A stretch of 58,765 bases of DNA from a virus (taxonomy: Duplodnaviria; Caudoviricetes). Both the position numbers and the translations under genes were made by a program. How positions within the stretch are numbered: position 1 is the first letter of the stretch; the number at the start of each line of letters is the position of its first letter. The stretch spans positions 1 to 58,765 of IMG/VR virus record IMGVR_UViG_3300049828_000243; one strand, written 5' to 3'. Shown here piece after piece: positions 28,247-36,822 of the stretch. The notes under the pieces are model-generated. The model did no database searches. It had not been told where the DNA came from and saw only the letters and a program-made list of their open reading frames with translations.

Positions 28247-28293
28247 ACTCACTGTGTGAAGTGCAGCTCGCTGCGCTCGCACAGTGGGTTTTT
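28247..28293 (+). terminator. Long hairpin plus U-tract (terminator or processing stem), overlapping motif copy 2
   Basis: ACTCACTGTGTGA...TCGCACAGTGGGT with inner GTGCAGC/GCTGCGC, then a T-tract. Confidence 0.6.
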
Positions 28294-28319
28294 CGTCGTG
28301 CATCATCCCGATGCTCTCA
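28267..28319 (+). promoter_or_regulatory. Early 34-bp motif copy 2 plus identical hairpin
   Basis: CTCGCTGCGCTCGCACAGTGGGTTTTTCGTCGTG then CATCATCCCGATGCTCTCA as in copy 1. Confidence 0.65.
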
Positions 28320-28335
28320 ACTCCGGAGAACTACC

Positions 28336-28554
28336 ATGGTTCGCAAGACTGAAACTGCTGCTGTCGCTTCCCCCGTCGCTGGCGAAGTCGTCGATACCTC
28401 GCCCTCGTTCCTCGACCGCGTCAACGCCGTCAAGGATCAGCACCCCATCGCATTCAAGGCCGCCAAGGCTGTCGGCATCGCGGCTGGTGTCGGTGTGCTC
28501 GCCGGCATCGCCATCGGCATCGCGAAGGGTACGAGCAACATCCTGACCTCGTGA
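28336..28554 (+). CDS. Early small membrane protein
   Basis: GGAG RBS; Gly-rich (GxxxG) TM segment; strong codon bias. Confidence 0.75.
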   Translation: MVRKTETAAVASPVAGEVVDTSPSFLDRVNAVKDQHPIAFKAAKAVGIAAGVGVLAGIAIGIAKGTSNILTS

Positions 28555-28561
28555 GGGTCGC

Positions 28562-28586
28562 GCCCCACGCCCGCAGGGCGTGGGGC
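28562..28586 (+). terminator. GC-rich hairpin after the gene (weak U-tract)
   Basis: GCCCCACGCCC-gca-GGGCGTGGGGC. Confidence 0.55.
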
Positions 28587-28759
28587 TTACTCACTGCCCC
28601 GGAACGGTGGCGGTGGAGCTGCGACACGTACGGGAGATGCGCTACCACGCACTAAGTCACGTTGCAACTGCGAAGCGCCGAAGCTAAATGCGCGCTGACT
28701 AAGCATTTGACAACGTAATTCTTCTATGCTTGGAAGCTGTGCTGGTGTTGCATCACACT

Positions 28760-29040
28760 AACGTGCCAAACGTGCCAACAAAATATAGAGCGCGACATGT
28801 CGCGGACCTCGGCGAAATTTCACCGGATTTTCCGCTCAGTTTCTTGGCACGTTTATGCATGAACGCTAATATACCTACCCCCTTGACAGCCTACAACTGG
28901 CGTCCTGCTTACGTTTCAGAGCCCTCACCACTCTATTGCTCTTCTCAAACGCTTGTTTCATACCCCTAGTTCTTATGCCACTTTTTACCGTCCTATCTAT
29001 CTATTTATGAATAGAAAGAAATGCGACGCCTAGAAACAAG
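28760..29040. other. Candidate replication origin
   Basis: AACGTGCCAA x2 plus an inverted copy, 14-bp palindrome CGCGACATGTCGCG, AT-rich CTAT tract. Confidence 0.4.
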
Positions 29041-29179
29041 CACTTACGACACAACTCTGGAACATTTGTCGCTCCAACTTCTGCCCTGTTGAGCGCTTTT
29101 CATACGAGTGTTCGAGAGGCCTGACGGCCTGTCGCTCTCATGTTGCCTCGCTCCAAAACCTGTTCAGGTACCCGGTATC

Positions 29180-29491
29180 ATGTCCAAGCGCAAAAAACAA
29201 CCTCGTCATCACGTCGTCTACGACGACAAATTGGACTGGCGTAACCCCTACATTCGTGCCGCTGCAGTGCACGCTTCCGCGTTCATTCGCGACGTTGTAG
29301 TGCCATCTCTGACAGCACTGCCCCTTCGTGCAAACGCTGCGTCCACATACGCAGACCTACTCGAAGACCGCGCCACAAACTACATGCGCATGCGCGCATC
29401 ACCCCCAACCTACCTGCTCTTGTCAGCACGTGACGGTTGGGACACCGCGCGCAAAGCCGCGCACAACTACATCTTCGGAGAAACATCGTAA
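29180..29491 (+). CDS. Hypothetical early protein
   Basis: ATG 29180 after AGGT; 103 aa. Confidence 0.55.
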   Translation: MSKRKKQPRHHVVYDDKLDWRNPYIRAAAVHASAFIRDVVVPSLTALPLRANAASTYADLLEDRATNYMRMRASPPTYLLLSARDGWDTARKAAHNYIFGETS

Positions 29492-29508
29492 CCGCGGTAA
29501 AGAACAAA

Positions 29509-29542
29509 CTCGCTTCGCTCGTTGAGTGGATTTATCGTCGTG
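29509..29542 (+). promoter_or_regulatory. Early 34-bp motif copy 3
   Basis: CTCGCTTCGCTCGTTGAGTGGATTTATCGTCGTG immediately before an AGGAG RBS. Confidence 0.65.
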
Positions 29543-29558
29543 TCGACAGGAGACTGAC

Positions 29559-29744
29559 ATGGCTGGCGTCGTAGACGAAAACGGTACGCAGTGGGAACAC
29601 TGCAACCAGTGCGGACAACACGTGCGATACGCAGAACTGCGCTACGCAACTGTTCGCGCTGATCTGACACCAACATGGCCTGAATACGGCCATCACACCA
29701 AACTCGACTTATGCAGTACTTGCGCTGCACCTGAAAAACTCTGA
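29559..29744 (+). CDS. Small zinc-finger early protein
   Basis: AGGAG RBS; CNQC...CSTC. Confidence 0.7.
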   Translation: MAGVVDENGTQWEHCNQCGQHVRYAELRYATVRADLTPTWPEYGHHTKLDLCSTCAAPEKL

Positions 29745-29993
29745 CACAAGAGGCACATCCCATGCACTGGCCGTAGCAACCGCACACACGCCAACCGTGA
29801 TCAACCCAGCTCTCGGTCTTCACGTGTACTTGAAGAGCAGCCGTCAAACAGGACGCCGCGTACGGTGCGCAGGGCGCAAGCCCAGTCCAAAGACACTACG
29901 ATGCAAGATAGATCGTCAGCCGTAGCCACATCCGAGCCAAACGGCCGCTGGACGCTGTAACCAGCACCTCTACTTACCAACTGGAGAACGCAG

Positions 29994-30278
29994 ATGCTCA
30001 CTGCTGCATTCGTTTCATTCGCGTCATTCGCCCTGCTGCTGACCCACATGTCACCCCAAACGCTGCGCCGCATCGTTGGATACAAAGGCTACGTCGACGT
30101 CATTCTGCACGGCACCATCCTGTGGATGTTCTTCGGCACTTCAACCATGGGTCTGCTGCAGGCAGAAGCTGCGGGCATCTGCTTCTCCCTCTACCTCCGC
30201 TTCTATTCGTGGGCCTTCGGCTACGAACGTCTTAACCAGCACCTGTCATGGGTGCGTTACTCAGGAGCTTTCACATGA
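29994..30278 (+). CDS. Small membrane protein
   Basis: GGAG RBS; hydrophobic segments. Confidence 0.7.
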   Translation: MLTAAFVSFASFALLLTHMSPQTLRRIVGYKGYVDVILHGTILWMFFGTSTMGLLQAEAAGICFSLYLRFYSWAFGYERLNQHLSWVRYSGAFT

Positions 30279-30499
30279 TCAAACCGTCCATCAAGCCCAT
30301 GTTTCGAGTCGGACCGGACTCGCTGCTTGTACGAGTACACGTGTACGACCCGATCACGATGAAGTCCGTGACCAACTACATCATGGACATCAACGACAAG
30401 GCACAACGTGCCGCGTTCGCTGCTCGCGCACACGACGCCTACAGCGTCGGTCAGACGATCAGTACCCAAGGGATCAAGCACGCGCCGATGCAAGGGTGA
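30275..30499 (+). CDS. Hypothetical protein
   Basis: AGGAG RBS, ATGA coupling at 30275. Confidence 0.7.
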   Translation: MIKPSIKPMFRVGPDSLLVRVHVYDPITMKSVTNYIMDINDKAQRAAFAARAHDAYSVGQTISTQGIKHAPMQG

Positions 30500-30502
30500 G
30501 CC

Positions 30503-31459
30503 ATGGTTACGCTCACCCGTCAGAACGCACGCGCTCTCGCCGAAGAGCGTATTACGAATAACGATCAGTTCGAAGGCGCGGATTACGAAGTAGCCCGTGA
30601 CCCGCTCGAAGAGCTGATCGCCGAAGAGGACGAAGCAGAGGCCGAACGTATGCCTCTGTCTGCAACTGCGGCACGGAACGCTGCCACTACCAACCCACCC
30701 AAATGTCACACATTCAGGAACCCAGCCATGAGCACTCAACGCAAACTCTCCCTGTCTCCCTACGGCAAGGCCCTCCTCGGTGCCAGCATCGATAGCTTCA
30801 TCAAGATGCAGCAGATGCCCGACACCGGGCAGTACGAGAACAAGAACCCCAACCGCGACAAGTTCTACACCATGCTGCTCGAACGCCACGGCACCGACCT
30901 CAAGCCGACGTTCCAAGCCCTGTGCGACTCGCTGCCGGCGCGCAGCTCCAGCAAGTACCTGATCACCTTGAGCGAGCTGCTGCTCAAGAACGCGATGTTC
31001 AGCGCCATGATCGACCGCCAGTTGGCCATCCGCGCCGATGAAGGCGTCGTCAGCGACGAGGTGTTCGCGCACCTCACCGACAATCGCGCTGCCGACGAGA
31101 CCGCACCTCCGGGCTTGGAGAAGACGGACATCGAGCTGCGCGGCGTCAACTTCCCGCTGCACGACCAGACGCACCTCGTGTGCGAGCGTGTCGAGCAGGA
31201 GCTGGAAGACTTGCGCATCTACCTCGAAGAGCTGTGCACGGCCTACGGCGCGAGCCTCAAGAACCGCGGCGGCGAATCAATCCGCATGGCGTTCTTCACT
31301 GGTGACGAGTCGACGGCGTACCATCGTTACAACAACAGCGCTGCGGCCGCCATCGACGCCTTCAAGGTCATTCAGGACCGCAAGAGCATGAAGCGCAAGG
31401 CCGAGGACGAAGCCGCTCTCGCCAACGCTGCCGAGAAGCTCAAGGCAGCGCTCGCATAA
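30503..31459 (+). CDS. Hypothetical protein with a probable internal in-frame start at 30728
   Basis: 318 aa frame; A/C-rich leader and AGGA before MSTQRK; codon bias increases after 30728. Confidence 0.7.
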   Translation: MVTLTRQNARALAEERITNNDQFEGADYEVARDPLEELIAEEDEAEAERMPLSATAARNAATTNPPKCHTFRNPAMSTQRKLSLSPYGKALLGASIDSFIKMQQMPDTGQYENKNPNRDKFYTMLLERHGTDLKPTFQALCDSLPARSSSKYLITLSELLLKNAMFSAMIDRQLAIRADEGVVSDEVFAHLTDNRAADETAPPGLEKTDIELRGVNFPLHDQTHLVCERVEQELEDLRIYLEELCTAYGASLKNRGGESIRMAFFTGDESTAYHRYNNSAAAAIDAFKVIQDRKSMKRKAEDEAALANAAEKLKAALA

Positions 31460-31473
31460 CCAACCCCCAGCTT

Positions 31474-31511
31474 GCCCGGTGCTACCCGAGAGGGTGGCAC
31501 CGGGCTTTTTT
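31474..31511 (+). terminator. Intrinsic terminator
   Basis: GCCCGGTGCTACCC-gaga-GGGTGGCACCGGGC-TTTTTT. Confidence 0.9.
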
Positions 31512-31554
31512 ATTGCCGGTGACTTTGGTTACCAGCAGACACGAGGAGCAAAAA

Positions 31555-31980
31555 ATGTCCCTGTTCGACAAACTCACAACCCTCGGCCTCAAAAAACTGT
31601 ACGCCAGCTCGACGTACATGCTGTACGAGCCTCCGACAGCACTCGTGTTCGAGCTTGAAGAAGGCGAAGACATTAACCTCGAAGAACATGTGTGCGAAAC
31701 GCTTGAAAAGGCGCTGGAAGAAAACTTCAAAAGCAAACTCAGCGACTACAAAGCGTGGTTCCCACATTTCGTTTACGACAGGGAAAAGTTCGACAAAAAT
31801 TCAGAAGGCCACGCGCTCAAGAAGCTTACGTTGCATCTGTTCAAGGTAGCGCCTGAAAGCACGCACGAAGAGGCGAAAAGAGACAACCCGACATCCGAGC
31901 CAAAGATGCGCCCTGTAATGATCTCACTGCTGTACGTGACCTTCTCAAGCGTCGCATTCGACATCGGAGACAGCAAGTGA
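31555..31980 (+). CDS. Acidic hypothetical protein, tandem paralog 1
   Basis: GAGGAG RBS; shares motifs with the next three genes. Confidence 0.75.
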   Translation: MSLFDKLTTLGLKKLYASSTYMLYEPPTALVFELEEGEDINLEEHVCETLEKALEENFKSKLSDYKAWFPHFVYDREKFDKNSEGHALKKLTLHLFKVAPESTHEEAKRDNPTSEPKMRPVMISLLYVTFSSVAFDIGDSK

Positions 31981-32396
31981 ATGTGCGCGGCCTACTAATG
32001 CAGAAAGGTGCGCAGTTGTTGGAGCCATTCTCGATGTACACACTGTACGACCCGTACGCCGAACTGGTGTTCGAAAACGACGACAACGTGCACGACTTCG
32101 AAACCGTCGTCAGCAACATGCTTGCAGACACGATCAAGAAAGAAACGACACTGACGATCAACGACGTCAAAGCGTTCTTCTGCTCGTGCGAATACGACCC
32201 GGACGAGGAAGACGTGATTGTAAAAATCAGGTTGTGGCTGTTCTGGCATCCGCTTACCGATCACTACGCCACGTTGGCAGGCGAGACTACGCTCAAAAAC
32301 GCAACAGTAGCAAACGTAGTGCGATCCAAAAACTATCGCGTGTTCATCACCCGCGACAACGAAGGTTACGTATACAAGGAGATCGACAATGAGTGA
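31977..32396 (+). CDS. Acidic hypothetical protein, tandem paralog 2
   Basis: GTGA coupling; SMYTLYDPYAELVFE resembles STYMLYEPPTALVFE. Confidence 0.75.
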   Translation: MNVRGLLMQKGAQLLEPFSMYTLYDPYAELVFENDDNVHDFETVVSNMLADTIKKETTLTINDVKAFFCSCEYDPDEEDVIVKIRLWLFWHPLTDHYATLAGETTLKNATVANVVRSKNYRVFITRDNEGYVYKEIDNE

Positions 32397-32772
32397 CCAA
32401 GCTTTGTTGTACGACAAGATCAAATGTCTCGAAAAAAGCAGCGTCTACATCGCTAAACGAGAGCCAGTTGTCGTGCGGCTTGAAAGCCTCTCAGACACAG
32501 ACGACGGTAGCTACAAGGCCTTCTGCGAAGCGTACGAATATGCCGGACACAACATCAATGCATGCGAAGCGTACTTCGCCGTAGCGCACTACAACAGCTG
32601 CAACAATATCGTATACACCACAATCTACGCGTTCGATCACGTGCCGGAAAACTTCATTGAGCAAACGCTCGCGCTCAACGACACGCTGCAAGCAGCGACT
32701 GTACGCGTCATCGACGAAATCATGTTCGGCACCGGATCATCCGAAGCCGACTTTCTGGAAGACCCGGAATGA
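32389..32772 (+). CDS. Acidic hypothetical protein, tandem paralog 3
   Basis: AAGGAG RBS; YAFDHVP motif. Confidence 0.75.
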   Translation: MSDQALLYDKIKCLEKSSVYIAKREPVVVRLESLSDTDDGSYKAFCEAYEYAGHNINACEAYFAVAHYNSCNNIVYTTIYAFDHVPENFIEQTLALNDTLQAATVRVIDEIMFGTGSSEADFLEDPE

Positions 32773-33161
32773 ACGACATATTCACTGCGGCCGAAAAAGA
32801 CGAGTTCACGATACTCGGCGACGAGCGCGTGTACGTAGTCAAAGGACAGCCGCTTAAATTTGACATCGTAGATTTCGACTTGGTCGGCAAAAACAGCGCT
32901 GACAGATTCTACGAAGTACTCGAAGAAAACGGCATGGCTCGACATGCACTCAAAGCACTGTACTACGTGCGTCACTACGTTGGGACACAGCTAGCGTACG
33001 TCATGTTCTACGCGTTTGACTACGTACCGTATGCGCTAAGCGAGCACGTAGATGAGCTTGAAAGAGCGAGCGTGCTGAAAGTAACCAGCGAGCTGCTGTT
33101 TGTGCTGCAAGAAGACAACGAAGTCCACCACCACAACAACCCCGAGGATGACGACGAATGA
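32769..33161 (+). CDS. Acidic hypothetical protein, tandem paralog 4
   Basis: ATGA coupling; YAFDYVP motif. Confidence 0.75.
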   Translation: MNDIFTAAEKDEFTILGDERVYVVKGQPLKFDIVDFDLVGKNSADRFYEVLEENGMARHALKALYYVRHYVGTQLAYVMFYAFDYVPYALSEHVDELERASVLKVTSELLFVLQEDNEVHHHNNPEDDDE

Positions 33162-33370
33162 ACGTTCGAAACGGCAAAACCTACCGTGACCGCAAGTCCG
33201 GTGCACACGCCCGCCGCTTCTCCAACCGCGCTATGCGCGACGCGTACTGTGGTTGGGCAGCCTCTTCCGAAAGCGCCGCAGTGACGACTGTCGTTGCTGC
33301 CGCCAAGTTCCCTCTTGCCGTGTGCAACGGCAAGGCCTCTCGCGCACTCAAGCGCAAAACCAAGAAGTAA
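33158..33370 (+). CDS. Small basic protein
   Basis: GAGG RBS, ATGA coupling, Arg/Lys-rich 70 aa. Confidence 0.6.
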   Translation: MNVRNGKTYRDRKSGAHARRFSNRAMRDAYCGWAASSESAAVTTVVAAAKFPLAVCNGKASRALKRKTKK

Positions 33371-33383
33371 GGAGTAAGACACG

Positions 33384-34844
33384 ATGGCCGTTATCAAAGT
33401 TGGGTCGCAAGACAAGCCCGCAACGCAAGCCAAGCCGAACAAGACTGTCGGCGAGGCCGCAGCCAAGCAGATCAAGATCGTCGAGATCATCAACCAAGGC
33501 GACAAGCTGCTGTTGCCGGAAGACATGTCGTTGGAAGAAGCAGTCCAGTCGCTGCAACGTCAGATCAAGGCGAACGAGGAAATGATCCTCGCTGCCGCGA
33601 ACTTCGACTACCATCCGTACGACACTGCGAACGCAATCATGCGCGTGCTCGAAGCCGAATACGGCTACATCCAGCAGGAGAAGACGCCCGGTATCTTCGG
33701 CCCGACTCCGCCGGTCATGGTCGATGTCGAAAACGGCGTGAATTCGTCGGTCAAGGTGCCGTGGGGCTCGTTGTCGCTGCCCGGCGTCAACGGCACGCTG
33801 CAGATCACTTACGCACACTCCGCCACTGGCGTACAGGGTTCGCTGACCGGCAAAATCACCAAGGGCTCATCGCCGGTGTTCGACAAGATCGTGCAGAAGG
33901 TCCGCGATTACCTCAAGGACAACTCGCTGTACATGCACAAAGCGATTCGCGTCACGTTCTCGGACTACGACAACAACGAACTGGAGCTGCCGATCATCAA
34001 GTTCATCGACACGCAAATCGACCGCAGCGCGCTGGTGTACTCCGATGACGTGACGCAGGCGCTCGAAACCAACCTGTTCACGCCGATCCGTCGCCGTCAA
34101 GACTTGGCTGCCAACGGCATCCCATTCAAGCGCGGTGTATTGCTTGGCGGGCCATTCGGCACCGGCAAAACATTGGCTGCCCGCTATGCCGGCGCGCTGT
34201 CACAAGCCCACGGCATGACCTTCATGTACGTTACCAAGGCTGTTGATCTGCCGTTCGCATTGCGCTTCGCTTCACGTAACAGCTCCAACGGCGTCGTGAT
34301 GTTCTGCGAAGACATCGACCGCACAACCAATGGCAACCGCACCGCCGACATTGATTCCGTGCTCAACACACTGGACGGTGTCGACACGAAAAGCATGGAC
34401 GTGCTGCTGGTGCTGACCACAAACGACATCGAGAGCATCAACAAGGCCATGCTGCGCCCGGGCCGCCTCGACGCCGTTATCAACGTACAACCGCCAGATG
34501 CCAAGGCAGTCGAATCACTGGTGCGCCTGTATGCAGGCCACACTGTGCGCCACGATCAGGACTTGAGCGCCGTCGGCATGACACTCGCCGGCAACATCCC
34601 GGCGACCATTGCCGAGGTGGTCAAACGCGCCAAGCTTGCTCAGTTGAGCATGAACCAGCCGGGCGAACTCGTCGAGCATCTCAGCAACGATGCGCTGATC
34701 GCCGCATCGCGCTCGATGAAGCACCAATTGGAGCTGCTGCACGGCGTTACTGTCGAAGTGACCGTGCCCACCATCGAGCAACGTCTGGAAATCGCCATCG
34801 AGGGCATCGAGAAGATCAAGTCGAAGGTCGCCGAGCTGGAGTAA
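33384..34844 (+). CDS. AAA+ ATPase (classic clade) with a large N-terminal domain
   Basis: KRGVLLGGPFGTGKT, Walker B-like FCEDID, LNTLDG, TTN and LRPGRLD second region of homology. Confidence 0.9.
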   Translation: MAVIKVGSQDKPATQAKPNKTVGEAAAKQIKIVEIINQGDKLLLPEDMSLEEAVQSLQRQIKANEEMILAAANFDYHPYDTANAIMRVLEAEYGYIQQEKTPGIFGPTPPVMVDVENGVNSSVKVPWGSLSLPGVNGTLQITYAHSATGVQGSLTGKITKGSSPVFDKIVQKVRDYLKDNSLYMHKAIRVTFSDYDNNELELPIIKFIDTQIDRSALVYSDDVTQALETNLFTPIRRRQDLAANGIPFKRGVLLGGPFGTGKTLAARYAGALSQAHGMTFMYVTKAVDLPFALRFASRNSSNGVVMFCEDIDRTTNGNRTADIDSVLNTLDGVDTKSMDVLLVLTTNDIESINKAMLRPGRLDAVINVQPPDAKAVESLVRLYAGHTVRHDQDLSAVGMTLAGNIPATIAEVVKRAKLAQLSMNQPGELVEHLSNDALIAASRSMKHQLELLHGVTVEVTVPTIEQRLEIAIEGIEKIKSKVAELE

Positions 34845-34858
34845 TCCAACCTACCAAC

Positions 34859-34888
34859 AACCCGTGCAGCACAAGCTGCACGGGTTTT
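34859..34888 (+). terminator. Intrinsic terminator
   Basis: AACCCGTGCAGC-acaa-GCTGCACGGGTTTT. Confidence 0.8.
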
Positions 34889-34904
34889 ACTTGCGAGGCA
34901 CAAC

Positions 34905-35438
34905 ATGCGCATTGACGAGATGCAAATAGAACACTCTGATCTGTTCATGCACGAAGGTTTGTACAAAGCCAACGCGTTTGAGCTTTTTGTATGGCCGAAA
35001 GACCACGACGTTAAGTCGTTCTTCGACCCCACGACTCGAAATTTCAAAAAGTCAAACCCGTACAACATCGACAGCTCTACGCTGCTCGCGTACAACCCGG
35101 CAGCTGAACGACTGTACGTGAGTCGCGGGCCAGTTGTGCGAATCATGAAGCTCAACGTGTCAAGAGTCGTAGTTGCAAAACTCGACATTGGCGGGCAGAT
35201 TCTTGCCGCTCCGTGGAAATCTACATCACGGATGATCAAGCACGCTCCACACTACGTCGGAATTAACGGGCAAGGAGGCGTGCACATTCAAACCCCTAGC
35301 GGCGTCGAGTTCATGCTAAACAACGTCGATGACCCCGAACGAACTCCGAGCATCGAAATGCTCAACGATTCTCGTACCGTCGAAATTTCACGCGACGTAG
35401 CCCGAACGCTTCGTTTCGCTATCGAGCTGGCGCGATGA
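34905..35438 (+). CDS. Hypothetical protein
   Basis: GAGG RBS, 177 aa. Confidence 0.65.
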   Translation: MRIDEMQIEHSDLFMHEGLYKANAFELFVWPKDHDVKSFFDPTTRNFKKSNPYNIDSSTLLAYNPAAERLYVSRGPVVRIMKLNVSRVVVAKLDIGGQILAAPWKSTSRMIKHAPHYVGINGQGGVHIQTPSGVEFMLNNVDDPERTPSIEMLNDSRTVEISRDVARTLRFAIELAR

Positions 35439-35707
35439 ACATCAAACACGTGATCGTAGCGCTCGCGTGCGTGGTATTAGGCGTAGCAGCAGGACTGCTC
35501 GTTAACACACTGATTAAGGTAACCAACGTCGCTACTTCACCGGCGACAATGTACCTGCGCTGCGGAGAAGAAGAGTGGCGCAACGTCAGACACGTGGCGG
35601 CCATGGACCGCATGGCAGTCCTCAAAGACGGCCGCACCATCTTCTTCCCTCAAAACGTTTCATGCGAATACGGAGAACTCAATGATAATCCTTCCGAAAC
35701 ACCTTGA
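35435..35707 (+). CDS. Small membrane-anchored protein
   Basis: N-terminal TM; ATGA coupling. Confidence 0.6.
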   Translation: MNIKHVIVALACVVLGVAAGLLVNTLIKVTNVATSPATMYLRCGEEEWRNVRHVAAMDRMAVLKDGRTIFFPQNVSCEYGELNDNPSETP

Positions 35708-36758
35708 AATCTACAGCGTTGACCTGCTGTTGCAAACGCAGAAACTGCTGCGAGTATCAGCGACGGCATTTCACGACGAAATACTGCACGTCTCGAACAC
35801 CGAACCTGACAAACTGCAGCAACTTTTTGACGACTCAACGCAAGCTTCCAGCAACACTGTGCCCGTGCCTTTACTGTGGAATACGTACTCGATGTCGTCG
35901 ATACCGGCCATTCTGCAGGGCCTCGAAAAGCAACAAGGTGCGCGGACGATGTGGTACTGCGTAGCCGCTGTGTTGTACGCCGACGGAAAGTTGAGCTTGC
36001 CGTACTACTGCACAACCGCCAAAGACACGGTCGCGTGGCCTGCACACTTGCCGTACAACAAAGTGCACATGGGCAAACTGCAAGAGCTCCTCAAGGAAAA
36101 AGCGCCGAGCGTTTTGCGAGCCATCAGTGCGTTGGACTGCAAAGACGTCGCATCGTACGTTAGCAACTGCGCACCAGCGTGTTCTGCAGCACTGCCACAA
36201 AACGTGCAGCTCGTAGCAAATGCTTGGAGCTATGCACAAAAACAATTCGAAAGCGTACGCTCAGCAGGCGAGAGAGCCACAGGTACTGCAACGTACTTGT
36301 GGCAGATCGTCGCAGCCGGCGCTCTGCACAGCGGCGTGCTGCTTCCGCCGACCAACCAGAATTCTCCCAGCGCGGACGCCGCTGCGGAGTGCAACACCCA
36401 AGCGTCTGACCAACCAACCGTTCAAAAGGAAACTGAAATGTCCAAGCTCAACCACACCTTCGCCATCGCTGCGGCGTTCTTCATCTCCTGCCCGGGCATC
36501 GGCACCAACGTGCGTGTCGACCAGCTCTCCGACGAAGCCCTCGTCGAAGGCATCACCTCCGTCAGCAAGAAGATCGAGGAACTGCAGAAGCTCGGCTTCA
36601 CCAGCAGCAAGGTCGCCAGCGCCATCGCCAATCTGTCCAAGGGCCGTGACGAACTGATCAAGCTGCTCGACTCGCGCACCAAGGACAACCCGAACGGTCA
36701 CCTGACCGGCAACGTCGTGATCAGCGACGACACCGGCAGCACCGGCGACGCGGCTTAA
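35682..36758 (+). CDS. Hypothetical protein with a probable internal in-frame start at 36438
   Basis: 358 aa frame; AAGGA RBS before MSKLNH; abrupt switch to high-expression codons. Confidence 0.65.
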   Translation: MIILPKHLEIYSVDLLLQTQKLLRVSATAFHDEILHVSNTEPDKLQQLFDDSTQASSNTVPVPLLWNTYSMSSIPAILQGLEKQQGARTMWYCVAAVLYADGKLSLPYYCTTAKDTVAWPAHLPYNKVHMGKLQELLKEKAPSVLRAISALDCKDVASYVSNCAPACSAALPQNVQLVANAWSYAQKQFESVRSAGERATGTATYLWQIVAAGALHSGVLLPPTNQNSPSADAAAECNTQASDQPTVQKETEMSKLNHTFAIAAAFFISCPGIGTNVRVDQLSDEALVEGITSVSKKIEELQKLGFTSSKVASAIANLSKGRDELIKLLDSRTKDNPNGHLTGNVVISDDTGSTGDAA

Positions 36759-36781
36759 ACCGAGTCGGCAATTGCGCAACC

Positions 36782-36812
36782 AAGAGCCCCGCTTCGGCGG
36801 GGCTCTTTCTTT
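36782..36812 (+). terminator. Intrinsic terminator
   Basis: AAGAGCCCCGC-ttcg-GCGGGGCTCTTT-CTTT. Confidence 0.85.
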
Positions 36813-36822
36813 GGAGCAAGAC

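Noticed and set aside
28844-28860. TTGGCACGTTTATGCA as a sigma54 promoter
   Set aside because: GG-to-GC spacing is 9 rather than the strict 10 nt; better explained as an inverted copy of AACGTGCCAA
28707-28915. Two TTGACA hexamers as sigma70 promoters
   Set aside because: Nearest -10-like hexamers are 12 and 21 nt away
27608-29542. Repeats as a CRISPR or mini-array, given a Cas4-like nuclease in the genome
   Set aside because: The 24-bp units are adjacent without spacers, the 34-bp copies are hundreds of bases apart with genes between them, and stand-alone Cas4-like nucleases are common phage replication genes
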